Below are positions 1 to 10,401 of a stretch of 64,000 bases of DNA, one piece after another. Each line of letters opens with the position of its first letter. The first letter of the stretch is position 1. This stretch comes from Desulfosudaceae bacterium. Its GTDB lineage: Bacteria; Desulfobacterota; Desulfobacteria; Desulfobacterales; Desulfosudaceae. The notes below the pieces were generated by a model, which worked only from the letters and a program-made list of their open reading frames with translations, made no database searches and was not told the origin of the DNA. Location: assembly GCA_963674745.2 (NCBI GenBank), contig CAXXDV010000003.1, positions 1,440,001 to 1,504,000 on the forward strand, written 5' to 3'. A program made the position numbers and the translations under genes.

Positions 1-1
1 T

Positions 2-3000
2 GAAGTACTTGCATCTGAACTTGAAAAAATCGACCGGCTGCTGGCAGACCAGCCCGGCAGCCTGACGCTGTTGATAAAAAAAGGCCGGATTCTTTATGAT
101 CTGGACGTCGTCGATGAGGCGCAAACGATATTTAAGCAGATGCTCAAGAAGAAGGCCATGAGCTTCCAGGCACTGGAAGGATTGGGATGGTGTTCTCTTA
201 GACAGGACATGCCCGAACAGGCCATCGCGTATTTCAAGCGGATGTCCACTCCGACCGAGTTGTCGATAATCGGTCTGTCCCTGGCATACCAGCGCCTGTC
301 AAAAACAGAACAGGCACAAAAGATCCTTTTTCAGGCGCTTGACAGAAAACCCATTCGGTCTCACGCACTTATCCTTGCCAGGGCCGCTGAAACAATGCTC
401 ATGTCCGGCAACCCGGGAAAAGCCCTCGATCTTATACATGAGTCCCTCGCGGAACAGGAAAATGCCCTGGCTTATCGACTGCTGTCAACCATTATGATCG
501 TACAGAATAAAAATGATGCGGCCCTGTCAGCCGCTCAAAAAGCCGTTGCCCTGAGCCCCTGCTCCAGTGCGGCCCATGTCGACCTGGCCTGGGTCTATCA
601 GGCCCTGTTTCAACTTGACCGGGCACTGGCGGAAACATCCCGGGCGCTCGCCCTTGACCCGGATAACATCAGGGCGCTGCTGACATACAGCCGGCTGCAA
701 TTCGGTTTCGGATACCTGGAAATAGCCGAAGACCATGTTGACAGGGTGCTGGCCCGGTCTTCACAAGAACCGGAAGCCTGTACATTAAAAGGCTTTCTCT
801 GCCTGGCCAGGCGGCAGACGGATAAAGCCATGAACTGGTTCAACAAGGCCCGTGATCTTGACAGCGGGCAGTCCCGTCCTCACCTTGGCCTGGGAATCGC
901 CTTAATCCGTCAGGGGGAAACCCCTGAGGGTATACAGGAAATGCTCATTGCCGCCCTGCTCTCTCCCAATGAGTCGCTTAATTTCAGTTATCTGGGCAAG
1001 GCCCTGTATCAAAACGGCGATTTCAAAGGCGCTGAAAAAACCCTGATCCGGGCCAAACAGCTTGATCCCAATGACCCGTCACCATACCTTTATGCCGGGA
1101 TCATGAAGACCGATTTAAACCAGGTGGCTGACGGCATCCGTGAACTGGAAAAAGCCGTGGCGCTGAACGACAACCGGGCCGTATACCGGTCCCGCTTTCT
1201 TCTGGACCAGGATCGGGCGGTTAAAAATGTAGACCTGGCAAGGACTTACGCCTCCCTGGGTTTGTCCGCCATGGCCCGGAACCGGGCCCTTCTGTCTTTA
1301 AAAGACGATCCCAACAACAGCGCCGGCCACCTGTTTATGGCCCGGTCCCTGATCTTTGAGAACGATCGCGGTGAAGCCGGTGCCAGCGAACTGCTGAAAT
1401 TTTATCTGCTGCAGCCGGTCAACAAAAACTCGTTTAACACGTTCAACGATTACACCTCTTTTTTCGAGAAACCAGATCTGAACATCGGTCTGGATATATT
1501 CGGCGGTAATCACGGCACCGGAGATTATATGGCGGATTTTACCGGCAGTCGGCATAATATCGCCGGCCGTCAGCTTTTTCAGTATTACACCACTGATGGC
1601 TACCGGGACGATAATTTTAACCGCTACGCGTTAAGTCACACGGTTTTGAAATTTCAGCTCGGCCTGAATCATGATTTTCTCTTACTGGCCGAGACTTCCG
1701 ATGGTAAAAACGGCGACCGCTTCGATGATGCCATGGCCGATGCCGTGATGGATCCGGACTACACCGGCGAAAACACCATCTCCAGGATGACGCTGGGTTA
1801 TCATGCCCGACTGTCGCCGGGGTCCGACGTCATGGTCGTGGCCCAGAAACACTCCAAAAAGAGCGACACTTTCGACGGCCCGGAAAACGAAAACTGGTCA
1901 TTGGATTTTTTGGGTGATGAGTTCTGGCTGGTTGAACCGGCCGGCACTGATGGCGACTGGGAGGATCATGTATGGCAGTTGTCGGCAGTGCATCAGCTTT
2001 CCCTGGGCAGCCACAAAATCGCCTATGGCGCGGAATATTTTAACAGCCGCAGTAAATATTCATCGTTATCGATAAAAAATTATTCTCTGCTGTATTACCC
2101 GGAACTTAGCTATATAGCCGTTGAAGAGCCGTACCGGGGACGCATCAAGCCTGAATACTACGCCTTTTTTTTACATGACACCTGGCACATCCTCCCGCAA
2201 TTAATGCTGGACGCCGGTCTTTTTTACGAGGATGCCAAAACCGGTCTGGTACCGCCGATACTTTCTTCAAACACGTTTGACAGCGACCACCTCAGTCCCC
2301 GCATCGGCTTGATTTACAGTCCCGCAAGGCGCCATACCTTCCGTCTGGGATATTATCAATATCTGCAGAACATCTCGATTGCCCTGGAGAGGCTGCAACC
2401 CACCGATGTGGCCGGGTTTACGATCGGCCATAACGCCCTGCCCGGATCCATGCACAAAGAAGTAGCGGTTGCCTGGGATGTGCAGATCAGCGACCGGTCA
2501 CATTTCAGCACCCGTGTTTTTAATCGTAAGCGACAGGAAAAGATGGATACCCTGTTTACCGATGAATTTGTCACCAAGACCCGTCGTTTCTATGGCGTGG
2601 AAGCCGAATGGAACCGGATGTTCCTTTCCTTCTTCGGCCTTAATCTGTCCTGCGCTTACATCCAAAACCGGGAGGAGGCATTCGATATCGGTTACCTTGT
2701 CAACCCCAAAAGACGAAGAGACGATTATCTGGTCCGACTGGCCTTTTACTTTCATCACCCCACCGGCTGGAAGGCAAGCCTCGAACTGTCACATATAAAC
2801 CAGGAGCTCAAAGACGCGGATGAATATGAAGTTGAAGAGCCCTCTTCCTTTGAGTTGGTAAATCTCAGCGTCAGCAAAGAGCTTTTAAACAAGCGGATGT
2901 CCCTCGGGATGGACGTCAACAACCTGTTTGACAAGGAATTTAACCTGATCACCGATTACCTTCAAACGGATTCACCCATTCCGGCAAGAGAGATCCTGTT

Positions 3001-3022
3001 TAAATTGAGTTGTATTTTTTAA
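2..3022 (+). CDS. TPR-repeat protein fused to a C-terminal TonB-dependent-receptor-like outer-membrane beta-barrel (5'-partial)
   Basis: Frame is open from base 2 (EVLASELEKID...), so the start lies upstream of the window. About 450 aa of TPR-like helices are followed by amphipathic beta-strands (FFLHDTWH, SPRIGLIY, DVNNLFD) and a terminal Phe. Confidence 0.75.
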   Translation, partial: EVLASELEKIDRLLADQPGSLTLLIKKGRILYDLDVVDEAQTIFKQMLKKKAMSFQALEGLGWCSLRQDMPEQAIAYFKRMSTPTELSIIGLSLAYQRLSKTEQAQKILFQALDRKPIRSHALILARAAETMLMSGNPGKALDLIHESLAEQENALAYRLLSTIMIVQNKNDAALSAAQKAVALSPCSSAAHVDLAWVYQALFQLDRALAETSRALALDPDNIRALLTYSRLQFGFGYLEIAEDHVDRVLARSSQEPEACTLKGFLCLARRQTDKAMNWFNKARDLDSGQSRPHLGLGIALIRQGETPEGIQEMLIAALLSPNESLNFSYLGKALYQNGDFKGAEKTLIRAKQLDPNDPSPYLYAGIMKTDLNQVADGIRELEKAVALNDNRAVYRSRFLLDQDRAVKNVDLARTYASLGLSAMARNRALLSLKDDPNNSAGHLFMARSLIFENDRGEAGASELLKFYLLQPVNKNSFNTFNDYTSFFEKPDLNIGLDIFGGNHGTGDYMADFTGSRHNIAGRQLFQYYTTDGYRDDNFNRYALSHTVLKFQLGLNHDFLLLAETSDGKNGDRFDDAMADAVMDPDYTGENTISRMTLGYHARLSPGSDVMVVAQKHSKKSDTFDGPENENWSLDFLGDEFWLVEPAGTDGDWEDHVWQLSAVHQLSLGSHKIAYGAEYFNSRSKYSSLSIKNYSLLYYPELSYIAVEEPYRGRIKPEYYAFFLHDTWHILPQLMLDAGLFYEDAKTGLVPPILSSNTFDSDHLSPRIGLIYSPARRHTFRLGYYQYLQNISIALERLQPTDVAGFTIGHNALPGSMHKEVAVAWDVQISDRSHFSTRVFNRKRQEKMDTLFTDEFVTKTRRFYGVEAEWNRMFLSFFGLNLSCAYIQNREEAFDIGYLVNPKRRRDDYLVRLAFYFHHPTGWKASLELSHINQELKDADEYEVEEPSSFELVNLSVSKELLNKRMSLGMDVNNLFDKEFNLITDYLQTDSPIPAREILFKLSCIF

Positions 3023-3030
3023 CCGGCCGC

Positions 3031-5526
3031 TTAATATTCCCCGGCTGAAATCTTTTTGACAAAAGCTTCGGTTATCTCGTCACGGGCTTTACGATGGGCA
3101 ACATTCTTATGGCTGCCGGTAATCACGATCATCAAAGCCGGCGCCAGGATAAAATCAGCCAGCAAAGCGAACATAATGGCCATGGCGGTAAAAATACCAA
3201 ACCGGATGGTGTGGGACAGGTGAGCGAAAACAGTTACAATAAACCCGAGGCTGAGCACGATGGAGGTTACCATCATGGCCCGCCCCACGCCGGACAGGGT
3301 GATATTCACGGCCGCGTAGGCATTGCCGGTTTTCAGGTAATATTTTCGGAAATTGTAAATAAAATGCACGGTATCATCCACCACCAGCCCCATGGCGATA
3401 CTGGCGATCATCAGCGAAGTCATATCCAGGGGCACATCGATCGCACCCATAATACCCAGTGTCATCAGAATGGGCAGCACATTGGGAATCATGGAAAACA
3501 GGCCGGTTTTCACTTCGCCCACCAGCAGGATCATCATTACGGCAATGATAACAAACGCCAGAAGATAACTCCTGGTCATGCTGCCCAGGGCCGCGGATAT
3601 GGTCCGGGCCAGCAAGGCCGACATACCGGTGATATGGATTTCGGCCCGGTCTTTGAACATAATACCCAGATATTGATTCAGGTAGCCGACAAACTCATTC
3701 ACATAAACCGAATCCACCCAAAGGATTTTAACGGTTACCCGTGTTTTGGAAAACTGCGAATCCACGATGGTTTCCAGGTCGTCCGACCCTGAATTTTCAA
3801 ACAGCAAAAACTCCTGAGCAATGGTGTTGTAATCCTGTGGAACACGGTAAAAATCCGTCTTGTTTTCGTTTAAGGCCTGATGGGTTTCCTTGAGGATATC
3901 GTTAATGCTGCCGACATGACCGATGGTGATATGGGGGAAGTCCAAGCGTTCCAGGTCCACTGTCAATCGTTCGATGCGGTTTAAAATATCCGGGTCATAA
4001 ATGCCGTTTTCCCGGCCGGTATCGATGATAATTTCGATGTTCAAGGCACCGTTCAAGCGGTCGTTTACCACTTCGATATCATGACGTATCCTCATGGATT
4101 TGGGGAAATAACTGAGCACGTAATCGGAATATCGAAGGTCAAAAAGAAAATAAAGACTGATGGCAAAGGCCACAAGACTGACGATGATAATGCGAATGGG
4201 ATAACGGGTGGAAAATCGCGCCGCCCAGTTCAGAAAAATATCCATCACCGTCCGATGGACTTCCGGTTTTACGGTTTTCGGTACCCTGGGCTTGACCGGT
4301 ACCAGGGCGACCATGGCGGGCAGCATGATGACCGTGTACAGCAACGCCATCACCACTCCGGCAGCCGCGAAAAAGCCCAGCTCTCCCATGGCGGTCAGTT
4401 CGGCTGTGGCAAAGGAAAGCAGGGCCGCCGCCGTGGTCAGGGTCGTCAGCACCACGGCCAGGCCGGAATGGCCCATGGCATAGGCAATGGCGTCTTTTTT
4501 ATTGTGTCCCCGGTCTATCTGCTTATAAAAAATAGACAGAATATGAACGGAATCGGCCACGCCAACGGCCAGCAGAAAGGCCGGCAGCACCGTGGTGGTC
4601 ATTTTTACGGAAACACCGGTCCAGCCCATGAGCGACAGGGCTGAAAAAGAGGCCGCATTGACGATTACCTGTGGCAGCAGCACACCGGAAATCCGGCGGA
4701 ACATCAGCGCCAGAAAAATCATGATCACAGCAAAACTGAGTCCAAAGCACAGCTTCAGATCTTTCATGGTATACTGGTTGAAAACCGACATGATGACCGG
4801 CGCGCCGGTAAACGCCAGAGAAAAATCAGGCGCGTCATATTCATCCATTACCGCTTCGATGGTCTTGACCAGCTCTTCGTTCTGCTCTTCGGATAAATAC
4901 CGCTTTTTTTCAGCGGTTTGGGGTTCCGCAGAAAAGTCGGTATCATCAAAACCGTCCAGCACATCAAGGGTGTCCATAGTTTTGGTATGATAAACTTCAG
5001 GCTTTATCACCACGGCGGTGGTATGACCATCAGAGGAGATGATCTGGTTGCGGTAAAACGGGTTTTCAAGGACCAGTTTTTTCAACGCCGCAAAATCGAC
5101 CTGCCGCTCTTCCGGCCAGCCTTCCATAAGGTCCTCGACAATCAGGCGGTCTTCACTGCCAAGGGTGTGGCGGACATTAATCAGGCTGGTAATTTCATCA
5201 ATATAGGGAACTTTTTCTTCCAGTTCATTGTGAAACGCTTTTAATTTACGAAAAAACGTTTCGGAAAACAGATTATCGCTGGAAATAGCGATGACAACCA
5301 TACGGTCCTGGCCGAACTGTTCGCGGAACTGGTTATAAACCTGCTTATACGGGTCGCTGTCCCGCAACAACTCTTCGGTATTGGTATCTACAACCAGATT
5401 CGGAAGGCCGTAAAAAATCAAACCGATCAGAGAGAACAACAGCACCAGGGTTTTAATCCGGTGGGTATAAAGTGTCCTGGCCAGATTTTCGAAAAACAAC
5501 TCAATGCGATCTTTGATAGGTGACAT
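3031..5526 (-). CDS. MMPL/RND-superfamily transporter permease
   Basis: 831 aa with two TM-rich halves and large periplasmic loops; GVADSVH and GLVVDDTVH acidic TM motifs. Confidence 0.88.
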   Translation of the reverse strand: MSPIKDRIELFFENLARTLYTHRIKTLVLLFSLIGLIFYGLPNLVVDTNTEELLRDSDPYKQVYNQFREQFGQDRMVVIAISSDNLFSETFFRKLKAFHNELEEKVPYIDEITSLINVRHTLGSEDRLIVEDLMEGWPEERQVDFAALKKLVLENPFYRNQIISSDGHTTAVVIKPEVYHTKTMDTLDVLDGFDDTDFSAEPQTAEKKRYLSEEQNEELVKTIEAVMDEYDAPDFSLAFTGAPVIMSVFNQYTMKDLKLCFGLSFAVIMIFLALMFRRISGVLLPQVIVNAASFSALSLMGWTGVSVKMTTTVLPAFLLAVGVADSVHILSIFYKQIDRGHNKKDAIAYAMGHSGLAVVLTTLTTAAALLSFATAELTAMGELGFFAAAGVVMALLYTVIMLPAMVALVPVKPRVPKTVKPEVHRTVMDIFLNWAARFSTRYPIRIIIVSLVAFAISLYFLFDLRYSDYVLSYFPKSMRIRHDIEVVNDRLNGALNIEIIIDTGRENGIYDPDILNRIERLTVDLERLDFPHITIGHVGSINDILKETHQALNENKTDFYRVPQDYNTIAQEFLLFENSGSDDLETIVDSQFSKTRVTVKILWVDSVYVNEFVGYLNQYLGIMFKDRAEIHITGMSALLARTISAALGSMTRSYLLAFVIIAVMMILLVGEVKTGLFSMIPNVLPILMTLGIMGAIDVPLDMTSLMIASIAMGLVVDDTVHFIYNFRKYYLKTGNAYAAVNITLSGVGRAMMVTSIVLSLGFIVTVFAHLSHTIRFGIFTAMAIMFALLADFILAPALMIVITGSHKNVAHRKARDEITEAFVKKISAGEY

Positions 5527-5610
5527 CTTTGCCCGTAACCCTCTTTATTTAGTACGTCTTCTACATCCGTAAAAATGTAGATATAGACGATGGGGTCGAA
5601 AAAGGCAAGG

Positions 5611-5660
5611 GAGATTATGTGGTTATGTGTTTAAGTGATTATGTGTTTATGTGGTTAAGT
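5611..5660. repeat. Octamer tandem array (GTGRTTAW-like x6)
   Basis: GAGATTAT GTGGTTAT GTGTTTAA GTGATTAT GTGTTTAT GTGGTTAA; same unit as at 11249-11424. Confidence 0.85.
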
Positions 5661-5711
5661 TGCAGCAGGCTTGGAGTTGGGGTGATGGGCCGCTGCCTAA
5701 ATAGCACCCAT

Positions 5712-5775
5712 GTGAGGGGCGACCGGCGGGTCGCCCCCTAAAACCCCAAACTTCGAACCCTGAACTTCAAACCTC
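5712..5775. repeat. Degenerate REP-like palindrome followed by a heptamer array
   Basis: ggggcgacc-ggcg-ggtcgcccc, then AAACCCC AAACTTC GAACCCT GAACTTC AAACCTC. Confidence 0.65.
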
Positions 5776-5780
5776 TATTC

Positions 5781-5816
5781 TTGCTATTTTGACATATTTT
5801 CTGATATAATTATAAA
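5781..5816 (+). promoter_or_regulatory. Putative sigma70 promoter of the GRE operon
   Basis: TTGCTA-18nt-TATAAT, or TTGACA-16nt-TATAAA, upstream of a GGAGG RBS. Confidence 0.55.
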
Positions 5817-5846
5817 AATTTACGTTTTCCAATCTCCGGAGGCGCT

Positions 5847-6662
5847 ATGACAACAGAAGGGATCCTGCTGGAAAGAAAAGGCCATATTGCGGTGGTCACG
5901 GTCAACCGGCCGTCACGGCTCAACGCCTTTAACCGCTTAATGCTTGAGGAACTAGAGCGGGTGACCGCTGAACTGAAAAAGCGACTGCCCCGGGTCATTA
6001 TCATTACCGGGGCCGGTGACAAGGCCTTCAGTGCCGGATTTGATGTCAACCCCGACAACCCGCTGTTAATGGAGCTGTACGATGCCATGGGCAAAAGCGA
6101 CCGGCCGGCAATCGTCAGCGGTATGAAGTTTGTGATTGATACGGTTGGTAACTTCGTCTCCCTGCCGGTTCCTATTATCGCCGCCATCAACGGCCTGGCT
6201 TATGGCGGCGGTGCCGAACTGTCCATACGGTGTGACATGCGCGTGATGAACAAAAGCGCCGTAATCTGTATGTCCGAAGTAAAGCTGGGGCTGATGCCCG
6301 ACTGGGGTGGCGGTGCCACCCTGGCCCACCTGATCGGCCCGGCCAGGGCCGCCGACCTGAGTCTTTCGGCCCGGAAAGTTTCGGCCGATGAAGCCCTGTT
6401 GCTCGGTCTGGCCAACCGGGTCTGCGCCGATGACCGCTGCCTGGACGAAGCCTTTGCCCTGGCGGAAACGATTTCCAAAAACGGCCCCAGGGCCGTTCGT
6501 CACGCCCTGTCTGTCATCCGGCAGAGCCGGAACCTGTCTTTAGACAAAACCCTGGAACTGGAGCTGGAAGAAGCAGCAACCCTGGTGGAATCCGGGGAGA
6601 GTGTGCACGGCGTAACAGCCTTTCTGGAAAAAAGGGAAGCGGATTTCCCTGATATTGAGTAA
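5847..6662 (+). CDS. Enoyl-CoA hydratase/isomerase (crotonase family)
   Basis: AFSAGFD and GGGAE oxyanion motifs; both catalytic-type Glu present (GAELS, MSEVKLG); MPDWGG. Confidence 0.92.
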   Translation: MTTEGILLERKGHIAVVTVNRPSRLNAFNRLMLEELERVTAELKKRLPRVIIITGAGDKAFSAGFDVNPDNPLLMELYDAMGKSDRPAIVSGMKFVIDTVGNFVSLPVPIIAAINGLAYGGGAELSIRCDMRVMNKSAVICMSEVKLGLMPDWGGGATLAHLIGPARAADLSLSARKVSADEALLLGLANRVCADDRCLDEAFALAETISKNGPRAVRHALSVIRQSRNLSLDKTLELELEEAATLVESGESVHGVTAFLEKREADFPDIE

Positions 6663-6738
6663 GACCGTCCTGTCCACATGTCATTTTCAGCAAGGACCAT
6701 AAGATTTAGTTCGGGTGACAACCTGAGGAGGTAATAAC

Positions 6739-9255
6739 ATGGGAGCAACCGCCGCAAAACAGTTTGAAAAACCTTTAAAACAGCCTGCCCGGTTGTCCGA
6801 CAGGATCACCTGGCTGAGGGATTACTATTTCAAAGGTACGGACAGGGCCTGGAACAACGAGTTCACGGCCTGGTCGACCGGCACCCCCTGGGATAACCAG
6901 TTCAATGAAATGACGTTCTATATTGTTCCCGAGACCTATCCCCTGCTCCGCACCATGGGCGGGTCTTTCCGCCAGGCTGCGCGTACGGTTCCCCTGCCGG
7001 AAAATTTCTGGTCCTGGAGCCTGCCGGAAAGAAGGGCCTGGTTTGTACGGGAAGTGATGGTCAACCAGCTTCCCAAAGAGATCCTTCCCGGTGACCTGAT
7101 CGCCGGTGGACGGTTCAACCTTCAGACATCCATGTGCCTGACAAAAGAAGAGCAGGCCGAATACAACCGGCTGATCAACGGTAAAAACGGCGCCCGGGCC
7201 GCCATGAAGTGGTTTCATGATCATGGCTACGGCAATGCCGGGGCCACCTCGGGCCACCTGGTCCCCGATCATGAACGTATTCTGAAAGTCGGCTGGCAGG
7301 GTGTGGTCGGTGAACTGGGCGCGATATATACCGGCCTGCCCGAAAACGAAAAAAACGGCCCCAGGGGCGAGCAGTTAAGCGCCATGATCACGGCCGCCAA
7401 AATGCCAAAGGAACTGGCCGTCCGATACGCCCGCCTGTGCCGGACCCTGGCGGACGGGGAAAAAGATCCCGACCGGCAACAGGAACTGGAGCAGATGTCC
7501 AGAAACCTGGATAATGTCTCCTGGTACCCCCCGGCCACCTTCTGGGAAGCGGTCCAGGCCCTGTGGCTGAACCACATGCTGGTCATGAGTGATGAAAATT
7601 ATCCAGGACCGGGTGTCTCCTTCGGCCGCATCGACCAGTTCCTTCTGCCCTACTGGCAGAGTTCTCTTGAAAACGGCATGTCCCGGGAATTCGGTAAAGA
7701 AATATTAAAATGCTTCTGGATTCACTGCAACACCGCCTATGATGCCATGATCCGCAACGGGTACCAGGGCATCACCTCGGGTTTCGGGCAGTTGATCACC
7801 CTTTCCGGTCTGGGCAAAGACGGCCAGGACATGACCAACGATCTGACCTTTGCCATTCTGGAGGTCATCGATGAAATGTCCCCCATCCTGGAACCCAAAC
7901 CCAACATCCGGCTTCACCGCAATTCTCCTGAAGAATTGCTGAACAAGGTGGTGGACATGATCGGTTCCAGCCAGGGCGCCCCGTTCCTGCTCAATTTTGA
8001 TGAGCGTTCCATGGCCGGCATGATGCGTGAGGCCCGCCTGGCCGGCCTGGAGCACCTGATCAATGAAAACAACGTGCATGATTACGCGCCTGTGGGCTGC
8101 CTGGAAAACACCATGGTCGGGAATGACCGTTCCGGAACAGTCGACAACAACCTCAACCTGCTCAAGGCCGTGGAGCTGGCCCTGACCGGCGGTAAAGACA
8201 TGCTGGAATTTACCGACCCCATGACCGGCAAAACCGAAAAAATCGCCCAGGACGGCCCCTATACCGGGGATGCCACCAGGTTTGAGACCTGGCAGGATTT
8301 CTGGAATGCCTACCGGGAACAGACCGCCTATATTATTCAACGTTGTGTGGACCTGTATGAGACCACTGAATCCATCCGGGCGCGTTTTTTCCCGACGCCC
8401 TATCTTTCCTGTCTGGTCAGGGGGTGCGCCGAAAAGGGGCTGGATATCACCCGCGGCGGTGCCGAAATCAACTTCACCACCATCGAGGCGGTCACTTTTG
8501 CCACCACGGTGGATTCGCTGCTGGCTGTCAGGTACCTGGTGTTTGAGGCGGAAAAATGCACCATGGCCGAGCTGATCCGGGCCCTTCAGGCCAACTGGAA
8601 AGGCCACGAAGTCCTGCAGGCACTGGCCAAAAACAGGGCGCCCAAATACGGCCGGGATGACGAGCAGGCCGATGCCATGGCGGAAAAGGTCATGAACCTG
8701 TGGTGTGACGAAACCTGGAAGCATAAAACCCGCGCCACCGGCCGTCAGTTCCGGCCGGGCATGCTCAGCTGGAATTACTGGGCCGGAGACGGCTTTATCA
8801 TGGCGGCCAGTGCCGACGGACGCGAAAAAGGGCAATTTCTGTCCAACGCCATCTGTCCGGTCAACGGTGCCGACATCCACGGCCCCACATCCAACACCAA
8901 CTCGGTGGGCAAGGCGTTGGGCGGCATGAGTGCCGTTGAAGACGGCGACCTGGACGGATATGTCAACCTGCTGCCCAACGGTGCCAGCCACACCATCTCT
9001 TTTCACCCGGCCATCGTCGCCAGCCCCGGTCACCGGGATAAATTCAAGGCCTTTCTACGGGCTTACGCGCAAAACGGCGGGACCGCCCTGCAGATCAACA
9101 TGGTCGATCCGGAAATGCTCCGTGACGCCCAGAAGCATCCTGAAAATTACAAGCACCTCCTGGTCCGGGTCACCGGTTACAACGCTTATTTTACGGCCGT
9201 GGGCCGGGAACTGCAGAATGAAATCATCGAACGGTTAAGCCATGAACGTTTTTGA
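6739..9255 (+). CDS. Glycyl radical enzyme, non-PFL, substrate unknown
   Basis: 838 aa; C-terminal LLVRVTGY (Gly813); single-Cys finger loop VGCLEN (Cys454/Glu456); SFGRIDQ motif. Confidence 0.92.
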   Translation: MGATAAKQFEKPLKQPARLSDRITWLRDYYFKGTDRAWNNEFTAWSTGTPWDNQFNEMTFYIVPETYPLLRTMGGSFRQAARTVPLPENFWSWSLPERRAWFVREVMVNQLPKEILPGDLIAGGRFNLQTSMCLTKEEQAEYNRLINGKNGARAAMKWFHDHGYGNAGATSGHLVPDHERILKVGWQGVVGELGAIYTGLPENEKNGPRGEQLSAMITAAKMPKELAVRYARLCRTLADGEKDPDRQQELEQMSRNLDNVSWYPPATFWEAVQALWLNHMLVMSDENYPGPGVSFGRIDQFLLPYWQSSLENGMSREFGKEILKCFWIHCNTAYDAMIRNGYQGITSGFGQLITLSGLGKDGQDMTNDLTFAILEVIDEMSPILEPKPNIRLHRNSPEELLNKVVDMIGSSQGAPFLLNFDERSMAGMMREARLAGLEHLINENNVHDYAPVGCLENTMVGNDRSGTVDNNLNLLKAVELALTGGKDMLEFTDPMTGKTEKIAQDGPYTGDATRFETWQDFWNAYREQTAYIIQRCVDLYETTESIRARFFPTPYLSCLVRGCAEKGLDITRGGAEINFTTIEAVTFATTVDSLLAVRYLVFEAEKCTMAELIRALQANWKGHEVLQALAKNRAPKYGRDDEQADAMAEKVMNLWCDETWKHKTRATGRQFRPGMLSWNYWAGDGFIMAASADGREKGQFLSNAICPVNGADIHGPTSNTNSVGKALGGMSAVEDGDLDGYVNLLPNGASHTISFHPAIVASPGHRDKFKAFLRAYAQNGGTALQINMVDPEMLRDAQKHPENYKHLLVRVTGYNAYFTAVGRELQNEIIERLSHERF

Positions 9256-10204
9256 GATTCAGCGGTTTTCCACCGAAGACGGGCCCGGCATCCGGACGAC
9301 TGTTTTCTTAAAAGGCTGCCCCCTGCACTGCGAGTGGTGCCATAACCCGGAAAGCATTTCACCCCATCCGGAAGTCGTCTGGTTTGCGACCCGCTGCATC
9401 GGCTGCCGCACCTGCATTGACGTTTGTCCGGAAAAAGCGCTTTTGCTGACCGAACAGGGTATGATCATCGACCGTGACAAATGCAGCCGTTGCGGTAAAT
9501 GCGCCGAAGAATGCCCTTCCACAGCGCTGGAACAGATCGGCACCCGCCGGGATATCAACGCCCTGGTCGAGGAAGTATTAAAAGACAAAACCTATTATGA
9601 AACCTCTGACGGCGGCGTGACCGTATCCGGCGGTGAACCCCTGATGCAGGCCCCTGCCCTGGCCCCCTTTCTGGCAAGACTTAGAGAGCATGGGCTTCAT
9701 ACCGCCCTGGACACCTGCGGGTTGTATCCCCGGGAAAAGCTGGACAGCGTTCTGCCTTATGTCGCCCTGGTTCTGTTTGACATCAAGCTATTCGATGCTG
9801 AGTCACACAGAAAATTCACCGGCAGCGACAATCGCCTCATCCTGGAAAATTTTGCCTATATTGCAGACTATACAGCCGACCACCTCTATCCGACCGGCAT
9901 CTGGGTCAGGACACCGATCATACCCGGCGCCACGGATACTGACAATAATATTACCGCCATCGGACGGCATATCGCCGCCGTCGGTGGTAAAGCGGTTGTC
10001 CGCTGGGAGCTGTGCGCCTTCAACAACCTTTGCGCGGACAAATACCAGCGCCTGGGGCTGGACTGGGCCTATGAAGGACGTGGATGTCTGCCGGTTGAAG
10101 GGATGGAACGCCTGGCCGAAACCGCCCGCAAATCCGGTGTCAATCCGGAAATTGTTGTCTGGAGTGGGGCGACGGATAAGGGAAAGGACATTAATGCAGG
10201 TTAA
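9242..10204 (+). CDS. Glycyl-radical activating enzyme (radical SAM with 2x[4Fe-4S] ferredoxin insert)
   Basis: DGPGIRTTVFLKGCPLHCEWCHNPES; CIGCRTCIDVC and CSRCGKCAEEC; GVTVSGGEP; overlaps the GRE stop codon. Confidence 0.95.
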   Translation: MNVFEIQRFSTEDGPGIRTTVFLKGCPLHCEWCHNPESISPHPEVVWFATRCIGCRTCIDVCPEKALLLTEQGMIIDRDKCSRCGKCAEECPSTALEQIGTRRDINALVEEVLKDKTYYETSDGGVTVSGGEPLMQAPALAPFLARLREHGLHTALDTCGLYPREKLDSVLPYVALVLFDIKLFDAESHRKFTGSDNRLILENFAYIADYTADHLYPTGIWVRTPIIPGATDTDNNITAIGRHIAAVGGKAVVRWELCAFNNLCADKYQRLGLDWAYEGRGCLPVEGMERLAETARKSGVNPEIVVWSGATDKGKDINAG

Positions 10205-10251
10205 CATATTGATTTATTTTCTGATTAGCTATAACGCTTAATGGCCATATT

Positions 10252-10344
10252 AGGGTTCAGGGATTCGAGGGGTCAAGGAGTCAAGTGAAGGAGCAGTGCC
10301 TTGGCCCCTTGACCCCTCGAATCCTTGAACCCTTGAACCCTTTT
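10252..10344. repeat. Long hairpin built from octamer units (GGGTTCAG/GGATTCGA/GGGGTCAA), possible terminator
   Basis: Left arm agggttcagggattcgaggggtcaaggagtcaag pairs with cttggccccttgacccctcgaatccttgaaccct; followed by tttt. Confidence 0.8.
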
Positions 10345-10401
10345 CTGACATTAAATAGGGGCTAAAACAATTAAATAATGAAGTACTAAGGAGAATTACT
10401 A

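Noticed and set aside
7705..9033. 442-aa antisense ORF over the GRE
   Set aside because: Shadow frame of a GC3-biased gene; no motifs.
6739..9255. Pyruvate formate-lyase feeding the nearby FDH
   Set aside because: Lacks the Cys-Cys pair, and the activase has a ferredoxin insert unlike PflA.
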